IMG/VR virus record: IMGVR_UViG_2778261344_000016
Location: 1-5,220 of that record
Source: a virus
Taxonomy: Duplodnaviria > Heunggongvirae > Uroviricota > Caudoviricetes
Direction: 5' to 3' (one strand)
DNA length: 5,220 nucleotides
Below, piece by piece: positions 1-5,220 of this stretch. A program made the translations under genes and the position numbers. How positions within the stretch are numbered: the first letter of the stretch is position 1; each line of letters begins with the position of its first letter. A model generated the notes under the pieces. That model saw only the letters and a list, made by a program, of their open reading frames with translations, was not told where the DNA came from and made no database searches.

Positions 1-61
1 GCTGGTAGTGACGCGCCCAGCTCTGAGCCTCAAGACGATCCTGAATGTAATAAGCGTTCAT
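1..61 (-). CDS. gam: Gam (host RecBCD inhibitor), short GamS form; 3' end lies beyond the window start
   Basis: Reverse-strand translation from the ATG at 61..59 reads [20 protein letters not shown]..., matching the lambda GamS N-terminus as I recall it. AGGAG Shine-Dalgarno 7 nt upstream. The upstream GamL-type extension (ATG at 180..178, [18 protein letters not shown]...) is out of frame with this start; see findings. Confidence 0.7.
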   Translation of the reverse strand, partial: MNAYYIQDRLEAQSWARHYQ

Positions 62-134
62 GGCTGAACTCCTGAAATAGCTGTGAAAATATCGCCCGCG
101 AAATGCCGGGCTGATTAGGAAAACAGGAAAGGGG

Positions 135-278
135 TTAGTGAATGCTTTTGCTTGATCTCAGTTTCAGTATTAATATCCATTTTTTATAAGCGTCGACGGC
201 TTCACGAAACATCTTTTCATCGCCAATAAAAGTGGCGATAGTGAATTTAGTCTGGATAGCCACAAGTGTTTGATCCAT
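135..278 (-). CDS. kil: Kil (host cell-division inhibitor), 47 aa
   Basis: The internal Met of ORF 135..404 gives [47 protein letters not shown], which matches lambda Kil as I recall it. It overlaps the 3' end of cIII by 32 nt, as in lambda. Confidence 0.8.
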   Translation of the reverse strand: MDQTLVAIQTKFTIATFIGDEKMFREAVDAYKKWILILKLRSSKSIH

Positions 279-411
279 TCTTTGGGACTCCTGGCTGATT
301 AAGTATGTCGATAAGGCGTTTCCATCCGTCACGTAATTTACGGGTGATTCGTTCAAGTAAAGATTCGGAAGGGCAGCCAGCAACAGGCCACCCTGCAATG
401 GCATATTGCAT
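247..411 (-). CDS. cIII: CIII (FtsH/HflB inhibitor that stabilises CII), 54 aa
   Basis: The internal Met of ORF 247..483 gives [54 protein letters not shown], near-identical to lambda CIII as I recall it. Strong AAGGAG Shine-Dalgarno about 7 nt upstream of the ATG at 411..409. Confidence 0.85.
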   Translation of the reverse strand: MQYAIAGWPVAGCPSESLLERITRKLRDGWKRLIDILNQPGVPKNGSNTCGYPD

Positions 412-483
412 GGTGTGCTCCTTATTTATACATAACGAAAAACGCCTCGAGTGAAGCGTTATTGGTATGCGGTAAAGCCGCAC

Positions 484-852
484 TCAGGCGGCCTTGATAG
501 TCATATCATCTGAATCAAATATTCCTGATGTATCGATATCGGTAATTCTTATTCCTTCGCTACCATCCATTGGAGGCCATCCTTCCTGACCATTTCCATC
601 ATTCCAGTCGAACTCACACACAACACCATATGCATTTAAGTCGCTTGAAATTGCTATAAGCAGAGCATGTTGCGCCAGCATGATTAATACAGCATTTAAT
701 ACAGAGCCGTGTTTATTGAGTCGGTATTCAGAGTCTGACCAGAAATTATTAATCTGGTGAAGTTTTTCCTCTGTCATTACGTCATGGTCGATTTCAATTT
801 CTATTGATGCTTTCCAGTCGTAATCAATGATGTATTTTTTGATGTTTGACAT
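484..852 (-). CDS. ea10: Ea10-like early protein, 122 aa
   Basis: ORF of 122 aa, the same length as lambda Ea10 and in the equivalent position just beyond cIII on the pL transcript. GAGGAT Shine-Dalgarno 8 nt upstream of the ATG. Identity rests on size and synteny; I do not reliably recall the lambda protein sequence. Confidence 0.6.
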   Translation of the reverse strand: MSNIKKYIIDYDWKASIEIEIDHDVMTEEKLHQINNFWSDSEYRLNKHGSVLNAVLIMLAQHALLIAISSDLNAYGVVCEFDWNDGNGQEGWPPMDGSEGIRITDIDTSGIFDSDDMTIKAA

Positions 853-870
853 CTGTTCATATCCTCACAG

Positions 871-897
871 AAAAAAACCGCCCTCACATTAGAGGGC
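871..897 (-). terminator. Intrinsic terminator on the leftward (pL) transcript, upstream of ea10
   Basis: Hairpin GCCCTC / ACATTA loop / GAGGGC at 880..897, followed on the minus strand by a run of seven U (plus-strand A7 at 871..877). Confidence 0.55.
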
Positions 898-1014
898 AAA
901 GAAGATTTCCAATAATCAGAACAAGTCGGCTCCTGTTTAGTTACGAGCGACATTGCTCCGTGTATTCACTCGTTGGAATGAAAACACAGTGCAGTGTTTA
1001 TTCTGTTGTTTATG

Positions 1015-1042
1015 CCAAAAATAAAGGCCGACTATGCGGCCT
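1015..1042 (-). terminator. Intrinsic terminator immediately 3' of the membrane-protein gene
   Basis: Hairpin AGGCCG / 6-nt loop / CGGCCT at 1025..1042, followed on the minus strand by UUAUUUUUGG. It sits 5 nt after the stop codon of ORF 1047..1496. Confidence 0.5.
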
Positions 1043-1046
1043 GAAA

Positions 1047-1496
1047 TTACTTAACCAATGATGCTGCATATTCGATAAGGTAAAGCTTTGGGGCCAGCCA
1101 AATTTTTAACCAAGTCATATTGGTTACTACACCAATAATAAAAATCCCCCACAGAGTCAAAACTCCAACCAATGGCATGATAAGAAGATTAATATCACCT
1201 TTGCTATCCCAAACCATTGTCGGCCTGTATTTGGGATTTCCTTTCTCCCATGAATATCCTTCATCACCGATTTTACCTGTCTCAACTCTTTGGCACTGCT
1301 TCTTCATAAACCAGAAAACCAGTGGGATTGTTAGAATGGCCATTAATGTTTTAATCAGACTGTCAACCATATTCCATAGCAGCAACTGATGAACAACATC
1401 AGGAATCTGTGCCTGGCTAAATGAAACAGCCGCGTCTATTCCATTACTGGCTTTTTGCAGTAGTTCTACGAGAATCTTGTTTGCTTGTTCTTCCAT
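1047..1496 (-). CDS. Small hypothetical inner-membrane protein, 149 aa, two predicted transmembrane helices
   Basis: GAGGTG Shine-Dalgarno 4 nt upstream of the ATG at 1496. Two hydrophobic stretches (LIKTLMAILTIPLVFWFM and INLLIMPLVGVLTLWGIFIIGVV). It lies between N and ea10, where lambda carries sieB and ral. I do not recognise it as any named protein. Confidence 0.6.
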   Translation of the reverse strand: MEEQANKILVELLQKASNGIDAAVSFSQAQIPDVVHQLLLWNMVDSLIKTLMAILTIPLVFWFMKKQCQRVETGKIGDEGYSWEKGNPKYRPTMVWDSKGDINLLIMPLVGVLTLWGIFIIGVVTNMTWLKIWLAPKLYLIEYAASLVK

Positions 1497-1554
1497 ATAT
1501 CACCTCAAATAAGTGGTTTGCTGCCTAATTTCATTTTCTGGCGACCAACACAAG

Positions 1555-1863
1555 TCACCTTGCTGTCAGTTGTTTTGATTTCCTGTAGCCTGCCGCGTAA
1601 AGAGCTACATTTGGAAGACAAATACTTCCACTGCATTCATCGGTATTTTGGTTACGAATGTTGCTGAGTGATATTGCTTTTTCAGAAAGATTTAAATGCT
1701 TTCTCGGATCTTCCTGAACAGGTTCCTCACTGTCTGTGCCGAAGATCGAATCGATGATGTTGCAGATGGAATCACGCTCGATGGCCAGCTTTCTGCGCCG
1801 CTCATGACGGCGAGTTTTGGCATTTCCTGCAAATGTTGATTTTCCGTACACGATTACCGTCAT
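1555..1863 (-). CDS. N: N-type transcription antiterminator, P22 gene 24 type, 102 aa
   Basis: Contains GNAKTRRHERRRKLAIER, the arginine-rich boxB-binding motif of P22 N. I place the start at the ATG at 1863..1861 (MTVIVYGKSTFAGNAKTRR...), which has a GAGGAA Shine-Dalgarno and puts the motif at residues 13-30; the longer ORF beginning at 1947 is probably an artefact. It lies directly downstream of pL and nutL. Confidence 0.75.
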   Translation of the reverse strand: MTVIVYGKSTFAGNAKTRRHERRRKLAIERDSICNIIDSIFGTDSEEPVQEDPRKHLNLSEKAISLSNIRNQNTDECSGSICLPNVALYAAGYRKSKQLTAR

Positions 1864-1982
1864 GATGTTTTCCTCATGTGAAATGGCTTTGGTGGTGATG
1901 CGCAAGATGCTGATCTTCTGGTTGCTGTCGTTGCAGCTGCAATTCACATCACTGCCAAATCCATCTCGTTTGGTATCTGTTC

Positions 1983-2017
1983 GCGCTTTGTCAGCGCACC
2001 ATCGAAGTTAAAGAGCC
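1983..2017 (-). promoter_or_regulatory. nutL site: boxA followed by a P22-type boxB
   Basis: On the minus strand, GCTCTTTAA (boxA-like, plus 2008..2016) is followed by GCGCTGACAAAGCGC (plus 1983..1997), which is the P22 boxB hairpin with a GACAA loop. It sits between pL and N. Confidence 0.7.
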
Positions 2018-2062
2018 TGCCAATCTGTTCCGTTTGGCTGCCAGCGTCCTGCTGATGTGTTT

Positions 2063-2125
2063 AGTATCACCGCTAGTGGTATATGTGTCAACACCGCCAG
2101 AGATAATTTATCACCGCAGATGGTT
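2063..2125 (-). promoter_or_regulatory. OL1-OL2-OL3 operators and pL promoter, lambda type
   Basis: Three 17-bp operators: TATCACCGCTAGTGGTA (2065..2081), CAACACCGCCAGAGATA (2089..2105) and TATCACCGCAGATGGTT (2109..2125). On the minus strand, TTGACA (-35, plus 2086..2091) and GATACT (-10, plus 2063..2068) give the pL arrangement. Confidence 0.85.
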
Positions 2126-2282
2126 ATCTGTATGTTTTTTATATGGATTTATTTTTTTGCAGGGGGGCATTGTTTGGTAGGCGAGGGATCAGAATTGCAC
2201 TGTTTAGCAAGTTGTATCTATCAATTTTTCAATAAATACAATTGGTTATGGTGTTATTAGGTGTGGGGATCGTGAGGCAAAG

Positions 2283-2310
2283 AAAACCCGGCTCGGTGGC
2301 CGGGTTTTTC
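2283..2310 (-). terminator. t_imm-like intrinsic terminator ending the cI-cassette transcript
   Basis: Hairpin CCCGGC / CGGTG-type loop / GCCGGG at 2287..2304, flanked by A-runs and T-runs on both sides. It is at the position of the lambda terminator that follows rexB. Confidence 0.7.
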
Positions 2311-3086
2311 TAGGCTACCAGAGACTCAATCCAAGAGTCTCTGGTATGGAATGGCAACACTCGTGCGGTATCATTAAATAGTAGTGATAGTTGCTGTAGC
2401 TCAGGTGTTAACCCATCGCTGTCAACTATTACAAATCTATTGTTTATGTCAGGAACGACCTGACTTAAGTCAACAATCTTCCCAACTGTTGAGTGGGCAG
2501 TATTCCATCCCTTACTGCTGGCAAGGCTTACCGTAAACCCGCGTTTTGGTGGTATTAGTCGAGACTCATTCCTTAGCGTTAACGGAACAGTAATGTTATG
2601 CCCACTAATACCTTTCACTTTTTCCTTTAAAGCTAGTCGCTTCCCAAGCCCTGCTGATTTTAAGTAGCTGATTACACATTTTTCGAACTTATCGTCTTTG
2701 ATCTCAGCATACCAATCAGCAGTTTGGGCGGATGCAAGAATCCCACCACGAATAACATTTGCAGTTACCTGTCCAACGGACGACTCATCTGCCCACGCAG
2801 ATATCTCTCCAGAGTCATTTAATGAAATTCCTTGCGAAGCGAGCGATGACCTGATTAGATCAATTTTCTTTTTAGTCAGGTGGATGCCGCGTGATTCAAT
2901 ATTCATCAATGTATCGCAGTAGTCTGTAACCCTATACTGACCACTCATCTCTTGAACGAATACACTTATCTGCTCACAATCATCGTAGTATGTGAAGGGA
3001 CTAATAACGCGCAGCAACGTGTCGCTCATTGGGTGGCATTCAAACCCGAGCTTAGATATGACTGTTGAACACGTTACATTTCCCAT
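2310..3086 (-). CDS. Hypothetical protein, 258 aa; distal gene of the two-gene cassette in the rexAB slot
   Basis: Long ORF with no internal stops and no long hydrophobic segment. Its ATG (3086..3084) overlaps the 3' end of the upstream ORF by 13 nt, and it has only a weak Shine-Dalgarno, consistent with translational coupling. No family recognised. Not RexB, which is about 144 aa and membrane-embedded. Confidence 0.65.
   Translation of the reverse strand: MGNVTCSTVISKLGFECHPMSDTLLRVISPFTYYDDCEQISVFVQEMSGQYRVTDYCDTLMNIESRGIHLTKKKIDLIRSSLASQGISLNDSGEISAWADESSVGQVTANVIRGGILASAQTADWYAEIKDDKFEKCVISYLKSAGLGKRLALKEKVKGISGHNITVPLTLRNESRLIPPKRGFTVSLASSKGWNTAHSTVGKIVDLSQVVPDINNRFVIVDSDGLTPELQQLSLLFNDTARVLPFHTRDSWIESLVA
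2316..2346. repeat. Perfect 12-bp inverted repeat with 7-nt loop inside the last codons of the 258-aa ORF
   Basis: TACCAGAGACTC (2316..2327) / AATCCAA loop / GAGTCTCTGGTA (2335..2346). It lies just upstream of t_imm on the minus-strand transcript. Confidence 0.6.
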
Positions 3087-3616
3087 GATAGCTGACCTGA
3101 TTTATCTTGATTAGGTAAAGGTGGGCTGCCTTCATATATGATATTAAGCGCCTCGCAAAAATAATTCCAGTAGCCAAAAAAATCATCTGGCTTGATGTTC
3201 GTTTCAAGCTTAAGTGCAATTTCTTCCCCAGCTGATTCGAAGTACATGTGATAGTGAGGACCTCGAGCCACCTCAACAAAATCTGGATGGTTCACTATAG
3301 ATTTATTACGGTGTGGCTTGTTATCCGCAGGGTACGGGTCAAGCGCGTAAATGCGCCTGTCATGAAGAAACATCACAAATGAAATCTTCACTATATCCAC
3401 CCCTTCAACGATAGGAGGACGCCAGTGAAGCATAAATTTTATGCCTGTGATTGGGTTGCCAATTTCATCAAAAGCTTTGAGATCCAATTTAAACCAGATT
3501 GGGGTTCGTCCCTCACTTCCGGTCCATGTAACTCCGCTAAAAGTTACTTTTTTCAAGCGAGTAATAGCTTGGTCAACCTCTTTCTGGGTAGGCTTAAAGT
3601 CGCCTTTTTTAGCCAC
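3074..3616 (-). CDS. Hypothetical protein, 180 aa; proximal gene of the two-gene cassette in the rexAB slot
   Basis: ORF begins with GTG at 3616..3614 (an in-frame stop lies three codons upstream) with a GGTGA Shine-Dalgarno-like element about 9 nt upstream. It starts 46 bp after the cI stop with no intervening terminator, so it is probably co-transcribed with cI from PRM. No family recognised. Not RexA, which is about 279 aa. Confidence 0.65.
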   Translation of the reverse strand: MAKKGDFKPTQKEVDQAITRLKKVTFSGVTWTGSEGRTPIWFKLDLKAFDEIGNPITGIKFMLHWRPPIVEGVDIVKISFVMFLHDRRIYALDPYPADNKPHRNKSIVNHPDFVEVARGPHYHMYFESAGEEIALKLETNIKPDDFFGYWNYFCEALNIIYEGSPPLPNQDKSGQLSWEM

Positions 3617-3662
3617 TGATTCGTATCACCATGAAAGTTATTGTTAATACCTGTGCTTCTTG

Positions 3663-4379
<717 letters not shown>

Positions 4380-4382
4380 TTA

Positions 4383-4460
4383 AATCTATCACCGCAAGGA
4401 ATAAATATCTAACACCGTGCGTGTTGACTATTTTACCTCTGGCGGTGATAATGATTGCAT
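4383..4460. promoter_or_regulatory. OR3-OR2-OR1 operators with divergent PRM (leftward) and PR (rightward) promoters
   Basis: OR3 TATCACCGCAAGGAATA (4387..4403), OR2 TAACACCGTGCGTGTTG (4410..4426), OR1 TACCTCTGGCGGTGATA (4434..4450). PR -35 TTGACT (4424..4429) and -10 GATAAT (4447..4452). PRM -35 TAGATA and -10 TAGATT on the minus strand (plus 4406..4411 and 4383..4388). Confidence 0.95.
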
Positions 4461-4476
4461 GTACTAAGGAGGTTGT

Positions 4477-4677
4477 ATGGAACAACGCATAACCCTGAAA
4501 GATTATGCAATGCGCTTTGGTCAAACCAAGACGGCTAAAGATCTCGGTGTATATCAAAGCGCGATCAACAAGGCCCTTCATGCAGGCCGAAAGATTTTTT
4601 TAACTATAAACGCTGATGGAAGCGTTTATGCGGAAGAAATAAAGCCCTTCCCAAGCAACAAAAAAACAACTGCATAA
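4477..4677 (+). CDS. cro: Cro repressor, 66 aa
   Basis: Translation [66 protein letters not shown] is near-identical to lambda Cro as I recall it. TAAGGAGG Shine-Dalgarno at 4466..4473. Confidence 0.95.
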   Translation: MEQRITLKDYAMRFGQTKTAKDLGVYQSAINKALHAGRKIFLTINADGSVYAEEIKPFPSNKKTTA

Positions 4678-4684
4678 GTAACAC

Positions 4685-4719
4685 CGCTCTTTATCAATCT
4701 GCACCGCCGACAACGCGGT
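4685..4719 (+). promoter_or_regulatory. nutR site: boxA followed by a boxB-like hairpin
   Basis: CGCTCTTTA (boxA, 4685..4693) followed 9 nt later by ACCGC-CGACAAC-GCGGT (4703..4719), a 5-bp stem with a GACAA-containing loop, which is the P22 boxB type. It is immediately downstream of cro. Confidence 0.55.
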
Positions 4720-4731
4720 AACTAATTAAGC

Positions 4732-4765
4732 ACTCATCGAAAGATGAGTATTAGTGATTATTTAC
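4732..4765 (+). terminator. Candidate tR1-like hairpin between nutR and the cII-like gene
   Basis: 7-bp stem ACTCATC / GAAA loop / GATGAGT (4732..4749) followed by an A/T-rich tract. The U-run is interrupted, so it may be a weak or rho-assisted terminator, as tR1 is in lambda. Confidence 0.3.
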
Positions 4766-4783
4766 CTATGGAAATAGTAAGAA

Positions 4784-5002
4784 ATGGAACAAACAAGTTA
4801 CAGCAAACTATCACAGCGCGACGTTGATCGCGCAGAAACAGATTTACTTATCAACCTGTCAACGCTTACCCAGCGCGGTCTGGCAAAGATGATTGGCTGT
4901 CATGAATCGAAGATAAGCAGAACGGACTGGAGGTTTATTGCTTCGGTCCTGTGTGCTTTTGGAATGGCATCAGACATCAGTCCGATTAGCAGGGCTTTTT
5001 GA
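4784..5002 (+). CDS. CII-like transcriptional activator, apparently truncated at 72 aa by the IS insertion
   Basis: It occupies the cII position after cro and nutR. The segment DLLINLSTLTQRGLAKMIGCHESKISRTDWR resembles the CII helix-turn-helix region (lambda CII has ...GVDKSQISRWKRDW...). The ORF stops at a TGA (5000..5002) that is the first three bases of the IS terminal repeat, and CII-family proteins are usually about 90-100 aa. Confidence 0.55.
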   Translation: MEQTSYSKLSQRDVDRAETDLLINLSTLTQRGLAKMIGCHESKISRTDWRFIASVLCAFGMASDISPISRAF

Positions 5003-5047
5003 ACCGCCCCGGGTTTCCTGGAGTGAACCGCCCCGGGTTTCCTGGAG
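5000..5047. repeat. Two exact tandem copies of a 24-bp IS terminal repeat
   Basis: TGAACCGCCCCGGGTTTCCTGGAG at 5000..5023 is repeated exactly at 5024..5047. The sequence begins with TG and resembles the terminal inverted repeats of the IS629/IS1203/IS3411 group as I recall them. Confidence 0.7.
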
Positions 5048-5065
5048 AGTATTTTATCTGTGAAC

Positions 5066-5220
5066 TCAGGCTGCCAGATCATTATTTCCGATGGAAGCAT
5101 AATAAGCTTTTTCTGCTTCTGCCGGAGGAATATGGCCCAGCCTTTCCAGCAATCGTCGATTGTTATACCAGTCCACCCACGTGAGTGTGGCCAGTTCCAC
5201 TTCTGCACGGTTTTTCCAGC
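5066..5220 (-). CDS. IS3-family transposase (OrfB, DDE integrase core), C-terminal fragment
   Basis: Reverse-strand translation ends ...WKNRAEVELATLTWVDWYNNRRLLERLGHIPPAEAEKAYYASIGNNDLAA with the stop at 5068..5066. This is a typical IS3-family OrfB C-terminus (WVDWYNN.RL....G..PP.E.E motif). It is in a different frame from the listed ORF 4900..5208. Confidence 0.75.
   Translation of the reverse strand, partial: WKNRAEVELATLTWVDWYNNRRLLERLGHIPPAEAEKAYYASIGNNDLAA

Larger units (their letters stand above)
5000..5220 (-). mobile_element. IS3-family insertion sequence (IS629/IS3411-like), one end; the element continues beyond the window
   Basis: Terminal repeat starting with TG at the junction with the prophage, plus the transposase 3' end reading inward on the minus strand. 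Whether the true terminus is at 5000 or 5024 is ambiguous because of the duplication. Confidence 0.75.

Noticed and set aside
135-483. The long forms of ORFs 135..404 (89 aa) and 247..483 (78 aa) as listed in the six-frame track
   Set aside because: The real genes are the shorter kil (135..278) and cIII (247..411), starting at internal Met codons that have ribosome-binding sites and match the lambda proteins. The N-terminal extensions are read-through of upstream non-coding or overlapping sequence.
846-1061. Plus-strand ORF of 71 aa
   Set aside because: It lies in a spacer containing two minus-strand terminator hairpins and has no ribosome-binding site. Its arginine- and serine-rich composition looks like a chance ORF.
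1120-1389. Plus-strand ORF of 89 aa
   Set aside because: It is antisense to the better-supported membrane-protein gene 1047..1496 and has no ribosome-binding site.
1485-1667. Plus-strand ORF of 60 aa
   Set aside because: It is antisense to the 3' end of N and the N to membrane-gene intergenic region, and has no start context.
1555-1947. Full 130-aa version of the N ORF
   Set aside because: The extension would run across the nutL-proximal leader and place the arginine-rich motif far from the N-terminus. The ATG at 1863 has a ribosome-binding site and matches the P22 N layout.
1817-2011. Plus-strand ORF of 64 aa
   Set aside because: It overlaps the N start and nutL on the opposite strand, a region explained by regulatory sequence.
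2057-2260. Plus-strand ORF of 67 aa spanning OL/pL and the pL-proximal spacer
   Set aside because: It covers the operators and promoter, and the equivalent lambda region is non-coding. It is low-complexity and T-rich.
2698-2922. Plus-strand ORF of 74 aa
   Set aside because: It is antisense within the 258-aa cassette gene, with no ribosome-binding site.
3052-3279. Minus-strand ORF of 75 aa
   Set aside because: It is an alternative frame inside the 180-aa cassette gene; the longer frame is preferred.
2310-3616. Possibility that the cassette is a diverged rexA-rexB
   Set aside because: Gene order, sizes (180 and 258 aa against about 279 and 144 aa) and the absence of any multi-pass membrane protein are inconsistent with RexA/RexB. 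Only the genomic position is shared.
3425-3647. Plus-strand ORFs of 64 and 68 aa
   Set aside because: They are antisense to the 5' part of the 180-aa cassette gene and lack start signals. I could not exclude a small antisense gene but saw no support for one.
4900-5208. Listed minus-strand ORF of 102 aa, and plus-strand ORF 4999..5184 of 61 aa
   Set aside because: The first is the wrong frame of the IS region and crosses the IS-prophage junction; the true transposase frame is the one ending at 5066. The second is created by the duplicated terminal repeat (repeated NRPGFPG).

Overview
This window is the immunity region of a lambda-type prophage, with a two-gene cassette of unknown function sitting where lambda carries rexA-rexB. 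Gene order (left to right): gam (5' end, minus strand), kil, cIII, ea10, two intrinsic terminators, a small membrane-protein gene, a P22-type N antiterminator with its nutL site, lambda-type OL/pL, the t_imm terminator, the two-gene cassette (258 aa and 180 aa, minus strand), cI, OR/PRM/PR, cro, nutR, and a cII-like gene that ends exactly at the terminus of an IS3-family element running off the window. cI, cro, cIII, kil, gam and the OL/OR operators match phage lambda as I recall it; N and the boxB sites match the phage P22 type, so the region is mosaic. The cassette proteins are not RexA/RexB by size or membrane character, and I cannot assign them to any family from sequence alone. The cassette is the main candidate for an undescribed, repressor-linked phage-exclusion system. 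The IS insertion downstream of cro probably leaves the prophage defective. All homology statements are from memory of the reference sequences, not from a database search.
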